This document shows positions 44,979-58,789 of a stretch of DNA of 64,000 bases, in pieces. This stretch comes from Podarcis melisellensis (taxonomy: Eukaryota), in assembly GCA_964234715.1 (NCBI GenBank), contig OZ174286.1, one strand, 5' to 3'. Numbering within the stretch: the first letter of the stretch is position 1; each line of letters opens with the position of its first letter. A program made the translations under genes and the position numbers. Below the pieces are notes generated by a model. The model made no database searches. It saw only the letters and a program-made list of their open reading frames with translations, and was not told the origin of the DNA.

Positions 44979-47900
44979 CTTTAACCTATACAGATATGAG
45001 TAATTTATTTAAAAATAGGAAAATATTCCTGTGAGAAATTCCCAGAGTGGTTTGGCACTCAATTTTTCTTCTTGGGAACTCTGGGAATTGTCATTCTGTG
45101 AGGGGAAAAGGGGTGTCCTAACAAGTCCCATTATTCAGCTCCCATTATTCTTTGAGGGAAGCCATGACTGTTGGAAGTGATACGATACTATTTTAAATGT
45201 ATGTATTTTAAATGTATAGAGCAGGTGGGACCTAACAGGTTAAACTAGAGCAAGAAAATGAGAAATAAAAACTTTGAAACTACTTGAGAAAGCAAGGGGG
45301 CTGTAAAATGGCAACTGAAGAGGGAAATGGTGAGGCAAATTACAAACCGTTTATAATACTGTAAATTACATCCTGATTATGATCAATTCTCTATGCTACA
45401 ATTACATTTGGCCTATTTGTACCTAGTAAGTACATTTAAGTATGGTAACATATTGATAGCACAATATGCCAGAGCACCCCAAATTAATGGTATTACCTTA
45501 AACAACCTTCTTTAAATAAGCCACTTGGAAAAAAATTACACCAGTTTATGGTGAAAACATGAACTTTGTGTCAAGTGACAGAAATAATTGCATTTTGGAA
45601 GAAGATACCCATTTAAGAAACAGAAGATTAAAGTCACCAAAGGAGCAAATAGTACATAACATTTGTTGGGTGTTTTTATATATATATAAAAAACAAACTT
45701 ATTTGATCAGTTCTGCTGAAACTCTTGTAAGTTTTTCATAAACTCACAGATCCTAGGAATTGATGTCATATGCTGAAGAAACTACTGAGGGAAAACATTT
45801 CCCCTTGTTGATGTAATCCTCACCTCAGATGGAGCAGGTATTATCCAGAGAAGGGCATCAGCCAATGACCTGAGCCATACAGACAAATTGGTATGGAAGC
45901 AGTTGCTTTTTCATGGTTCCTCTTACAGTTTTGTTACTCTTGTTCTGGAAATATTGTTTTCCACTTAGGGATGACTGAATGTATCCATTTTGGTTCCTCT
46001 CATTTCTCATTTTTCCAGTCTTAAAGTCCAGTTCTCCACATTTCCAAATCAGCCTGTATTTAGTTTATTTTTTAAAGTCCTTGTGAAAATTTGTCAGCAT
46101 TCAAATACAAATTTATTTGCACGGGTTTGTATGCAGTTTTACTTAATATACACATTTCTGCAAAGCATTTCCCCCCTAACATAATGTATTTTTGTATGCT
46201 CCTTTCATTAATACATGCATTTTTATGTACCCTTTACCGTAGTATACACATTTCCCCACACACATTACATGGCTGGAGAACAGCATCGCAAAATTCAGAG
46301 AAGGACGCTTGTTGTAGGATGCCTGTGTTTTGGATCATGTATTGTTTCAGAAAGTGCAAATTAGGTGGGTTCTCCTTTAAATGTGAACTGAATTTAATTT
46401 ATTCTCCTTTTTTAACCCGTATGCAAATTAAACAAATAGATTGCTCAACTGCAGTTCATCTGATTAATCAATGGGGAAAAAATAAGAAGAAGAAGCCCTA
46501 ACAACTATAACAAACTTTCTGAGAAGCCTATGCTTTAAAAGAAGGGAGCAAACATTAGAAGTGTGCTAAATGAAAAACCCTGGAGCAAAATGCTATTCCA
46601 TTGCATGTCGGCTGCTCCACTGAAAAACCATCTTTGTCAGCTTTCATCAGAATGAAAATAAATGACCATTTTCTTCCCCATGTCTAAACAAAAGACCTGG
46701 GGGAGTGGGGAAAACCTGTGCTCCTCATGAGTAACTTCAACAAAAGAAAGCCTGCAGATTGACAAATGACTTTCAGATCCCTACATCAAGTATAATTTGG
46801 CACTAAGTACTAACATTTGAAAACCTGGATTCCTTGCAGTAGTTGGTCTGTGCAACAACAGACCCTTGGCAGGTTTGAAAAACTGCAGCGACCTTTAATT
46901 TAGAGAAATTATTACCAGTAAGAGAAAGCAGGTTGGTCATGTGCACGCCTCAAACTAAAGAGAGGGAAAAGAAAGAAAGAAAGAAAATAGAACCCAAAGT
47001 ACATATTCTCCAGACCTGGCTCTGCTCTGAAGTTGATTTGTACCTCTCTAGCAGCTGTTCAAATAAGTAACTGCCCAGAGGAAACATGTATAATGCCTCA
47101 ATAGTTTAATTTCTCGCTGCATCTCTCCAAAGTCCAAATGCAGACTCTTAGTAGAATGAACAAATAATGGATCGTTTACATGATGATTGGGAAACAATCC
47201 TTAGACTCTGAAGATCAGCAGAGTGAGGACATGGCAAAATTATTTGCAAATGGTTCCACGGTTTTGTGATTTGTAAGGATTTGCAGTCCTTATATTTCAC
47301 TAGATGCTGTAGAGAGGCTTCAGATCACTGGCATGTCTGCAGAATGTGAAATGAAAATGCATTACCTCTTCATGGCTGCCTATGTAGCCCCATAAGTTCC
47401 ATGATGGAAGAAGGATCAGATATAAATGAACTAACTAATGGGGAGGAAGCAAGAGTAAGAGACAAAAAAGAGAAAATGTACAGAGTTCAGATTTGCTCAG
47501 GGAATCTTGGGCTTCCATCCTATGTACTAACTTTATTGGGATTAAGCCAGGGTGGTGTAGTGGTTAGAGTGTTGGACTAAGACCCGGGAGACTAGGGTTC
47601 AAATCCCTACAAAGCCATCCAATATATATCTCTTGTGGAACTGCCAAAACCTTCCAATATTGGAAAATAGACCCTTTGCGCAGAATGTTATTGACATCAT
47701 TTGAAGGAGGACGGAGACCAAGGTGTGTTTCGAAAGGAGTCAGGTCCCCATAACGTGAACCACTTTGCTTTCTTTTGGGTGTGTTTCTTTATGCCTTTTG
47801 CTCCTGCGTTAGACTGAATCGGCTTCTACTATTGCTTGCCTGCCTTAATTTTCTCCTGGTGGCAATGCCTTGCCTGGGCCTTGCTGCAATCAGATGGATA

Positions 47901-49072
47901 CATTGGTGACATGGTGACGGCGGCTTGAAAAATGCATTCTCTATGCCTAGGAAAAACCTGTATAAATATTCTCAATAAATAAATAACAGTTGTCATTTCC
48001 CAAATATGACAGTCTCCGGTTGCCTGTGCTTAAATTGAACGACATGTCATTTACCCTAATAGATGGGAATGCATGTACGGCCTGTCTGAGTGAGTTGCCT
48101 AATTCTTATTCACCTCAGCTGTGATCTCAGTCAGGGGGCTCCCGCTCTAGCAGGGTTTGGATGGATCAAATCGCAAGTAGAAAAATCTTGGTCAATTATA
48201 GAACCCTTAGGCTAAAAGGAAGGTGTCTTTCTTCTTTTTTGTCTTTCTTTCCTTCTTTCTTAAACCTCACAAAACATTGAATGCTCCTCCTATTCCTAAG
48301 CTTACTGAAGAAGCAAATCAATCTCCCATCTGTGGAATTTCTGGGAATATCTCTTCCCCCTGTAATTTAGCATGTCTCAGCCCCCCCCCCCATCCTGATA
48401 ATACAAGTGGTTGAGAATGGCTCCTAATCCTACCGGCATCCCCCCTTGTCAGCACCTCTTTATTTCACTGCTTTAAAGGCTCAACATGTTTTGATTTACA
48501 ATAAGCACTAAGATAACTGCAGGTGCCCTCTAAAAGCAAGGTTAACTCACCTGAGATGAATTTCTTTTCTTCCCCACAAAGCAACACAAAAGCAGGAAAC
48601 ACAATTAATACAGGTGCTTCCCTGAAATGTAGGAAATGTCACTTACCCTTGATATGACACAAATCCTCATTAAATAAGCAGGCCCCAGTGCTTCGCTTTA
48701 TATTTTCCTCTGTAGAGGAAAGGATTTAAGTTTTAAAAAACATACGAGAAGGGACCGAGAGCTCAATGATTAGAAAAGTTGTATTTCCCCCCCTCCATTT
48801 CAGAAGTCCCCAGTGAGATTATTTTGGTTTTATTCCAGTACTGGAATCCATATGCAATGATTATTTCAAGAATGGACTTGAGGAGACTGTGGATCACAGA
48901 TTCTACATAATAAACAAGATGTTAAATATATAGTAATTAACTGAATTCTGTCCGGATAAACTCCACCCTTCCCCCAACTGAGTTTATCATATGCAAACTG
49001 TAATGTCATGCATGAATATACTAAGCTAAGAGTCCTATGTCTGCCTAGATGTTTGGTTCTTTACTGTCTGAG

Positions 49073-49209
49073 CATGGGCATAGCTAGGGGGAGGCACGGG
49101 GCAGCTGCCCCCCCAATCAAGTAAATCACTAAAAATACTTAACTAACTGAAGTTCTTCCCCCCCCCCAACATGAAGCCTGCCCCCTCCCTAAATCCTGGC
49201 TATGCCATG
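49073..49209. mobile_element. Short hAT-like MITE
   Basis: CATGGGCATAGCTAGG/CCTGGCTATGCCATG; TSD TGTCTGAG/CGTCTGAG. Confidence 0.75.
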
Positions 49210-49664
49210 CGTCTGAGAAAGGAGGGCCTTCTCAGTGGTGGTGCCCCAACTTTGTGATGCTCTCTCCAGAACATTCATATATCATTTTGGCACTACATAA
49301 ATGTCATTCCCACCCCCACCCCCTTTGCTTTTTAACTTTTCACCAGTGACAACCAGGCTTAGGGTTCTGACTCCCCCACCAAATTATGGAACCAGTGGAG
49401 GAACACTTCAGTCTCCCGGGACATTCCACTTTTTATGTTAAAATTGAGTCTCCCACAAAGGGGGCTCTAACCTACAAAATGCTGTAATAAATGTGCTCTG
49501 GAAATCTCCACCAGGCAGACATTTCTTGTAATCAGACATGCAACCCAAGAAGCATTTACTATCTTATGTTTTGTTCTAAATTATCTTACCCAGAAAGAGA
49601 CATCAGGGATCCTGGGCTGCGAAACCTGCATCTCAAGTCTGTATTTGATGATGATGATGATGAT

Positions 49665-49855
49665 GATATTTATATCCTACTTTTCCTCCAAGGAACTCAA
49701 GGCAGTGCACCCAAGACATCTCTTGTCTTAACCTCACAACAACCCTATGAGGTAGGGTAGGCTGAGAAATAGTGGTTGGCCCAAGGTGAGCTTTATGGTG
49801 AGGATTTGAACCTTGCTTTCCCAGGTCCCAATCCACTGCTCTACACCACACTGCC
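49665..49855 (-). mobile_element. Old CORE/MIR-like SINE; a head fragment also lies at about 47548-47620(+)
   Basis: CCTCACAACAACCCTATGAGGTAGG...GGCCCAAGGT...GGATTTGAACC...CTCTACACCACACTG. Confidence 0.65.
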
Positions 49856-51044
49856 TGCCATTCCAGCAGCCTGATCCCCAGGTATCACACATGGGTGGCA
49901 CTGAGCCTTCTGTTGCCCTTTTCTAGGGCGCAAGCGGGCAGCAAACAAATATCCCCTCCTCTTCCTGTGCACGTGAGTGACAAGGAATGAAAGAGCTGAA
50001 CGTGTGTGTATGTGGTCCCTCAAAGTCCCCTGAAGGCACCCAGGCTTCATTTAACAATCCTAAGCATATTTCACTTGGCTACATATTCCATTGAAACTGG
50101 GATTGTAGTATAAGAGGAGGAAGCACCAGGGCCATCATCTCATCCTGCTAAGAATAACCTGCTTCTGCAAGATGTACCAGGGCACGGCCTAACGTAATGA
50201 GAAACAGATCTTGGGATTCATAATTAAACTTTGGATTAGGCTTTAATTGCTTCCATCAGAACGGCAAGCAAGGAGGAATGCCAGGGCTCTCTTCTTTCAG
50301 GTGACAACATAATTTTCGTTGATGTGCAGCATATCTTGGTGTGCATGTTAATCCTCTCTATCCTTCTTTTCTCATAACCGGCATAAAAAACCCCCCAAAA
50401 TAAATAGAATTTTCAGTTTAAGAAGAGAACCCTTGCTAGCTGGAACCATGTAATTAGCATATATGAATGAAGAATGAGCTCCTGCTGGTTTGGCCTGTTG
50501 TTCATCTGTATCAATGGAGTAAAAATAAAACCCCACAAAAAAAACCCTACAATGTTATATAATACTTAAAAAGAATATTTTCCATGTTAAAATATTCACA
50601 TTATTTATATGCATTCCAGGAGCTTTGAAAATTGATAGGTATACAAATGATACAGAACCAGACCTTTCTCTGCATATGAATCCACTTAAGTGAATTTAAA
50701 CATTCATTCTCATTCTCTCTCTTTCCCCCTCTCTCCACAAACACACACGTGCACACACGCACACAACAAACCTGTGTGTGTTCGTGTTAATAATAATTTT
50801 ATTATTAGTTTTCAAATACAGTCCAATAATAGCATCATTATAACAATACCATTTATGAAACAATTATTGATACCAAACATTCAAATACCGAATTATATAA
50901 TTTAGATAAAGTGGCCCCCATGTGCTAGATTTGATGATTTGATTATTTTCTTTATTTCTGTGTTCCCAAATCTTATTAATTTCAATTACATTCTGGTCAT
51001 AATAACAATCCCTCATACAACAACTGCAAGATTAATAACTTCTA

Positions 51045-51259
51045 CAGTGGAACCTCAGGTTAAGAACTTAATTTGTTCCGGAGGTCCGTTCTTAACCTGA
51101 AGCTGTTCTTAACCTGAGGTACCATTTTAGCTAATGGGGCCTCCCGCTGCCGCCTTGAGATTTCTGTTCTCATCCTGAAGCAAAGTTCTTAACCCGAGGT
51201 ACTATTTCTGGGTCAGAGGAGTCTGTAACCTGAAGTGTCTGTAACCCAAGGTACCACTG
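51045..51259. mobile_element. Tc1/mariner MITE (same family)
   Basis: TA-CAGTGGAACCTC...AGGTACCACTG-TA. Confidence 0.88.
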
Positions 51260-52982
51260 TATTTGTGTTGACACATTAACTGATTTATAAAACTACAAGG
51301 AAGGAACACAAACTATATCTTTGTTCTTCCTGTGTGTGACATTTATTCTGTCTGTGGTGTTTCTTCCTGTCCTTGTAAGATGTTATGTCTTTCTTTCCCC
51401 CGGTTGTTGCTGTTATCTGTCAGGCCTTGGGTGGAGTTGATATCCCATTGTTGTTCTAGAAATTTCTCCTTCACTCTATCCCGTGCTTTGTTGTTTTGCA
51501 ACTTTAACAACAGCTGCAAAAGTCACTCTGTCCCAGTAAATATTACCTGTTGTCACAATTTTTCCTCTCAGCCTGGGAAGAAGAGAAGTCTGTCAAACTG
51601 TAGATGACTCAATAAAGAACCTTATCAGTTCCTTGGCAGTCCACAGACTACTTTCATCCTTCCTTTCAACTGAAGATATATGAGCAATTATACTTCCAAT
51701 TAAATTAAATTCCAAGTCCTCTTAGCATTATTCAGTTCACTATGTAAATAATAAAGGATGGGGAAGAGTCAGTGCTAAGTTTCCATTGTAAATATTTTGC
51801 AAAATAGAACTTCCCTCCCTTTCCCCCCTTTTACATACACAGTTCCTTTTGATGTTATATTCCATATTTATAATCCAATTTCTTCCATCCTCGCTTATAC
51901 AAATATAATTTGAAGTAACATTCAGAGGAGGGTTGCCGAATCATAAATGTAGAGAAGAAAACCTTAAATAAAGAAACCACAGGCTCCCCTCCTCCCCACC
52001 ATCTTTTGCACCAAATGAAGTCTTATCTCAAATTCAAACCTTAAAGTCCTTGCAGTTGCTTTGTTCCACAGTTTGTGATCTCATCACTTCTAGCGAGCAC
52101 CTGTACTTTTGTCCAATTAAGTTCTAATTAACAGAAGAACCTCTGCTTCTTAATGGCGTCGTTGGAGGGTTTTTGGTAGGCGAAGTGCTTATACACTCAG
52201 TGCCTCCCTGCCCCCTGCATTCCATGCTGGAGTGAGAGCCAGGTACTGAGACAAATTGCGAGTGAAGACCCCCCCGGGGGGGGGGGAATTTGCAAGCATA
52301 ATAACCCTCAGTCATCCTTGTTTTTCCTTTGCCAATGATCTCCCACTGTCATGGGGGCTGCCTTCATTAAGGCAGAGTGGAACCAGAAGTCCTGTGTGTG
52401 TTTGCATTACGTGCATAACAACTGGCCAATGTGCACATTTCCCTGCCCTCATGGTGAATGTGCAAATACTCCTACCATGAAGGGGGAATTATGCACATTT
52501 CCCAGTCAATATACATGATCCCCAACAGGTTTTGGGAAATGTGCACATCTCAACTGAATTTTGTACATTTCCTAGGCAATATACACATTCTCAGGTCAGT
52601 AGGAACAGTTTCCAAGAAACATGCATTGTTATTTATTGTTCAGAAATGTGCAATCTGATCCCTCATAATGTTTCTGGGCCACTGTCTTTTCTTATTTGGC
52701 CCACTACATACTCTCCCATTGATCAGCCAAGCAGAGGAAAAAGGAATAGGGCTGCAGATAAGGACAAACTTTTCTCTGCTATCCAGCCCCATTTCCACCA
52801 CTCTCAGCTGTTCCCTAGTCACCAGTTCCCCAGTAGAAGGGGATTGGAGGGAGAGGAACAATTTCCTTTCCCCACCCTATTCTCCCAGTTTCCATGGCAC
52901 CATTCTCATTTGTCTGGGTTGTCTGCCAGATATCTCAGCTTTAACTATAGTTCAGAGTTTAGCATTAATCTGTGACCTAGAC

Positions 52983-53235
52983 CAGTGGTTCCCAATTAGC
53001 TAATTACCGGGGACCCCCTATTTTTCAAAAGCCAAGCCACGGACCCCCTACTTTTGAAAATTTTGATAACTCTATGGTAGTTACCTGTGCAAAGCAGTGG
53101 GAAAGTCCTCTAAACTTAGTCATTGAAAGCAATTGGAAATTCTTTTCAGTTAAAAAGTAGAGAGCAAAGGGAAAGGGATCCCTTACATTTTTTTATATGA
53201 AAAGCATGTGAACCCACCTAGTGGAGCAAGCTGTT

Positions 53236-53298
<63 letters not shown>

Positions 53299-53688
53299 CC
53301 TCCCCCCTCCAAGAGCCCAAAGAAACTGTGTCTGAGTTTTTTGCCCAATTCCAGCTCACTTGCCATGCAGCAACTCTTTCACAAGCTTTTCCCCTGCCAG
53401 CAAGCAGGCCCTGGTTGCGAGCAGAGGCTGGGTGATCTGTGGACCATCATTGTGGCTTTCACTGTGCAGTTAACTAGATAAGTGAGTCCCTGGCAGGGGG
53501 TACTGCTGCGGACCCCCAGGTGTGTTCTGTGGACCCCCAGGGGTCCCCAGACCCCCCTTTGTTCTATTACGTTTTGTTGTAATTTATATATGGTGTTAGC
53601 CGCCCTGAGCCTGGCTCTGGCCGGGGAGGGCAGGGTATAAATAAATTATTATTATTTTTATTATTATTACTATAACTGGGAACCACTG
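52983..53688. mobile_element. Non-autonomous hAT (Charlie-like) with an internal (TC)n
   Basis: CAGTGGTTCCCA/TGGGAACCACTG TIRs; subterminal GGACCCCC repeats; decayed TSD. Confidence 0.75.
53240..53293. repeat. (CT)n microsatellite
   Basis: Seen directly. Confidence 0.95.
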
Positions 53689-53900
53689 AATGAGACTAAT
53701 GACTGGCAGCAACTCACTGGAGTTTTAGGGTATCTCTCAGTCCTACCTCGAAATGCCAAGGTTTGGACTTAGGAAGGTAGGGAACGTAGAAGTAGCTCCC
53801 CAGATAGGGTGGCTGGGGCAACCCAGTAAGGTGGGCAGGGTACAAGTAAAATAATAATAACAACAACAACAATAATGATAATTGCCAGTGCCACAGCTAG

Positions 53901-54246
53901 GGGGGCTAGCTGGGGGTTAAACCACAGAGCCTAGGACTTGCCGATCAGAAGGTTGGCGGTTCAAATCCCCGCAATGGGGTGAGCTCCCGTTGCTCGGTCC
54001 CTGCTCCTGCCAACCTAGCAGTTTGAAAGCACGTCAAAATGCAAGTAGATAAATAGGTTCCGCTCTGGCGGGAAGGTAAACGACGTTTCTGTGCGCTGCT
54101 CTGGTTCACCAGAAGTGGCTAAGCCATGCTGGCCACATGACCTGGAAGCTGTACACCAGCTCCCTCAGCCAATAAAGCGAGATGAGCACCACAACCCCAG
54201 AGTCGGTCACGACTGGACCTAATGGTCAGGGGTCCCTTTACCTTTA
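53901..54246 (+). mobile_element. Sauria SINE
   Basis: Same core and GGTCAGGGGTCCCTTTACCTTT tail. Confidence 0.9.
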
Positions 54247-55588
54247 AAGCCTCCAGAGGGGCACCATTGAGCCTTCTGGCATGTGTGTGTATACACAAAT
54301 GTGTGTGTGCCAAACTGGGTCTTTGACCCAGGTGAAATAAAGCCTGGTTTCGCCCCGATTATACCTGCAAGGTTGGGTTGCTGTTGCTTACTAGGATGGG
54401 AAGAGACAAGGCAGTGGAGAGGTTGGTGCGGTGAAAATACTGTAGTGCCAGGAGTACCAGATTGGGTAAGCTGGCGTGTTTGCACTGCACCAACCTCCCC
54501 AGGATTTCACATCTCACCTTCACAGTAAGCAAGTTCAACCCACCTGCCAGGATGCTGACGTATGTAGGTCTGGTGAACTTCTTCTAGGAAAGAGGCAGCA
54601 GTGGCTTCTCTTTCACTCTGTGTGTGTATGTGTGATCAAAAACTTTCCAATAGTTGGGTAGCCCTCAGAGGCAGAGGGCGGGGGCTACCATCACACGGCA
54701 AGTACAATGTGCAGCCAAGTCATTAAGACCACCTCGGATCATCTGTGGAATGTCATGCGAAGCAAAGACACCATTTCTCACAAGCTGCACTTATGCAAAG
54801 AATTGCAGCCCACAGATTATTGACATTTCATAATGTCATCTTTAAGGCCATTCTGATTTATCTAATATGTACTTTTCAACCTCAAGTAAAGATGCGCCTC
54901 TTTTGCAGCATGTTGAAAACCTTGGCTTTTAAGTTCAGCTCAGCACAGACAGTCCCATTAAAAAGCCAAAGCCATTAACATACCAAGCAAAATTGCAAGT
55001 GTCAAAATGTCATTCTAAAAAACCAAATCCATTTTGGAGTTACTGGTGTAAAGTAAATGGGGGACAAACAACTAAGTGATAATTAGAGTAGACCTGTGGA
55101 AATCAGTGAACATGAAGGTCCCTCTGTGCATTGATTTCAATGAGTCTAGTTTTAATATGTCTAAAATCAGGCGTCAGCTATAGTATCACAAATTATACCA
55201 CCATTTCCCCCAGTTTGTTTTGCTGTCTGTGTTCCCAGAACATTTGAAGCAATTGTCTTGCAAAATCTTAACAGCCATGAAACCCACCACTGCAACCATA
55301 GTTCTCTGTTTACAATGGATGCCTAGTGGTCAAAAGTCCAGAATTTGGGTCTCCTTGAGAAACTGACTCAATTTAACTGACTCAGTTTAACAGGCTATGC
55401 AGAGAACTGATTAAATCAGACAAGTCTGTGGTGGCCACTGTTAACACAGACTACTAGAGAAGGCTGTGTTACTCATCCTCTGGACAGTGATCTTTCTTGT
55501 AATACAGAGATGTTAGCCTATGAACATTTCAAGATTTCATGTGGCATTATGCAGAGCAGTAAACTTTGTGTCCTCTGGCCATGTACGC

Positions 55589-55912
55589 CATACCCTCCAA
55601 CATTTCTCCAGTGAAAATAGGGACATCCCCTTACATAATGATAACTTTACTATTTATACCCCACACATCTTACTGGATTGCCCCAGCCACTGTGGGCAGC
55701 TTCCAACATATATAAAAAACATAAAAGTTTCCCTATACAGGATTGCCTTCAGACGGCTTGGGGGTCGGATAACTCCATACCCTCCAATATTTCTCCAATG
55801 AAAATAGGGACATCCTAAGGAAAAGGAGAACATTCTGGGATCAAAACAGGAACCAGGACAGTTTTTCTAAATCAGGGACATCCCTGGAAAATACGAACAC
55901 TTAGAGGGTCTG
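55589..55912. mobile_element. Non-autonomous DNA transposon (CATACCCTCCAA termini); related copy at about 38752-38890
   Basis: Repeated CATACCCTCCAA..TTTCTCCA.TGAAAATAGGGACATCC; flanks TGTACGC/TGTACAC. Confidence 0.65.
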
Positions 55913-57754
55913 TGTACACTGGTGTTTTTTGTCCTTTGATGTGTGGCAATGTTATTTTTTGTTTGTATGCTTAATGAGAAAAGTTAAATAAAAATTATTT
56001 TTCAAGAAATAATAACCCTTGCTTTGCTGTGTAGCCTTCCTTGGGCAAGCAACAATTTCTTGGCCTAACACAATGCAGAACATTGAAATGCTGCAGCAAG
56101 TTACTTGAAGTAAAGGTGAGACGAAGTAAAGGTGAGACGCAAGAGTAACGCATCTATTTCTCAGTGGTTTCTCTGCCACTGTTGCCTTTTGGGAAGCAGA
56201 AAATGCTGAAGGGGAGGATCTTTCTTTGGAGCTGCAACTATTTTCTGTGTCGCTATAGCAACCCACAGTGGTTGCTTCCTTACTGTAATATGTGCTAACA
56301 ATGCTGCCGGGGTCCTTCCACTGAGCAGGAAGAATAAACCATGGGAGTAGTGATTATATTTGTGGAAATTTCTTGTTGTGTTCAGGCACAGTGAATCAGC
56401 TGTTCACTTGTCCCTTTGGGCACAGCCCAACTTCCAGACTTCCCTCTTCCCCTTGGCCTAAGCGAAACCTTGTCACTGGTCTGCGTTAAGAGTCCTGCCA
56501 GGGAGTTGTAGCATAAGCATGCTTAAGGTGCTGATCGTCGATTGCTAGAGTCAAGGTACAGCATCCAATATGAAAAATGGTGTGTGCCAAAGTTTTTAAT
56601 TTACAAAAACCAGGTGGCATCCTTACTTTCTGAGCTTCATTATTTTCTATGATATTTCTCCCATGGCTACCATAATGAAATATTCACAAACCTGTGCACA
56701 GCATTCCACACCCTCCAACACTCCCAAATGAAAACGGGGGTATTTCACACTCCCCACCAACTGACCCTCTTTGACCCCCCATTTTTTGTCTCTTCCCTGC
56801 GCTGTAGTGCATTTCCTAACAGAAGAAGGGAGAAAACCCCTTAATCCTGGGGGCTGGACTAGATTACCCCCTGATCACTTTCAACTCTACATTTCTATGA
56901 TTCCATTATACACACAGCACCCATGTTTTTGCTGTTGTTTGTTCATTTTATCATGGCGCAGTTGACTGGTGAGCAAAGCCAAGCATGAAAAGTGGACCGG
57001 TGAAATTTTACCTTCAGTCTCGGTTGTACCCAAGAGGCTGTAGAGTAGAATAGTTGCCCCATATGGGCCCTACACACCCATTTCAAATAAATGTGTAAGC
57101 TCCATGAAGAACTGTGTCTGTAGTGTCACTCTTCGACATACACCCGGAAAGACATGCTATATAAAAACATACTCCACTATAAAATCGACTTGGATTTTAT
57201 TAATGGAAAATGGGACCACTTAAAACGACGCTGCTAAATTCTGCATTAGTAACTTTTAATTCATTGTGGTCAGGTGATAAACTTCTGCTATTTGGATACA
57301 TTAAATACATCTTAGAGCTGGGAATAATTTTACGCTACACTATAAAGTAAATGATTGTTTTATGTTCCTACTAGGAAATGCTCCAGCTGTTTACCCTAAA
57401 ATAAAACCGTTTTGTGGATATTAAAGAACTAGCTCTGGGAAACCCACCAAAACTGAGTCAATCTGGCACTTGCAAGTGATTAAGCCACTTGCCAGAACAG
57501 TAACATTTCTTACAGACCAAGCCTATTTCTGTTTACTCAAAAGTAAGTGCTAATGATTTCAGTGGAACTTACTCCCTGAGAAGTATGTGTAGGATTGCTA
57601 CCTTTGCCTTTCAGGAAAACGGTTTAAAAAGTAGAGTGTTGTTCAGCAAAGCTACATTAAGAAACATTCACTCTGTTCAGAAGTTATAACGAACCTTCAT
57701 AGAGGAACAGAGGATCCAATCAAATCCCCCCTACCCCCCAAACATGCCGTAAGT

Positions 57755-57890
57755 CAGGCATAGGCAAACTCTGGCCCTCCAGATGTTTGGGACTACAATT
57801 CCCACCATCCGTGTCCACTGGTCCTGTTAGCTAGGGATGATGGAAATTGTAGTCCCAAACATCTGGAGGGCTGGAGTTTGCCTATGTCTG
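57755..57890. mobile_element. URR1-like palindromic hAT MITE
   Basis: Near-perfect palindrome CAGGCATAGGCAAACT...AGTTTGCCTATGTCTG; TSD CCGTAAGT/CTGTAAGT. Related decayed copies at about 16660-16795, 34580-34705, 38540-38665 and 62385-62495. Confidence 0.85.
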
Positions 57891-58789
57891 CTGTAAGTCA
57901 ACACAAATATTTTGTCTGAAGAAGCCTTGAGAGAACAACCTAGAAGACTGAGGGATCCTGAAGATGTCAATTTTTATTGCACATTAAAGAAAAATTGGCC
58001 TAATGGTTTATGATGCTATTGGGACAGTCCTTCACTGCTAATCGGTGCATATCCTGTAACTTCCTGCTGAAATATCAAAACTTTGCATGCCACAAATGCT
58101 CTGGGAGGAGATGTGCTGTCCAGCTTTTGTTCCTCCATAGCCCTCCCAGACAGCAACAATGTGGTAGAATTGGGGAGGCATTGCAGAGCAACTAATAAAG
58201 CAGAATAAATCCACCACTAATCCAGTATTATTCTATGAAGAACATGCTGTATAATGCACCCAGAGTAAAACACCAGAGAGGGCCATGGTTATCCTACTGT
58301 TCTGGATTCCAACCACTCCATACCAACCCTGCCCAGTTTTTCAGTTTTCTACCTACACTCTGAGGCCATTGAGCACCTTCAGTATTCATTGGAGCTGGAG
58401 AGGCCTGAAAGAAGGAGGCAAGAATAGGAACCAACTCAGGGGGGCTGAGGTCCCTTTGCCCCCCATAAAATATTTGAGGGGACCAGGGCCCCCCCAGGTT
58501 GATGTGCATTGCCATTCAAATGGTGTGCATGTGCCATGTCTTGTGATCAATTATATGGGGCAGGCCCAACCTAGCCACCCCCCAATATTTTATTCATGTT
58601 GGCACCCCTGGAGGCAAGCAATGTCTTCCTCAGCAATAACTTGGGATCCCTCAATGGATGACCAGGCTACCAAGAGTACCATTATGTGGAGCAATGGGAG
58701 GGCAACCGAAGTGAGTAACTTGCCCTGGGGGGTTCTGCCAGGGACTGGCTACTTTTTTGTTTGCGTTCACAACTTTATTCCAACCAACA

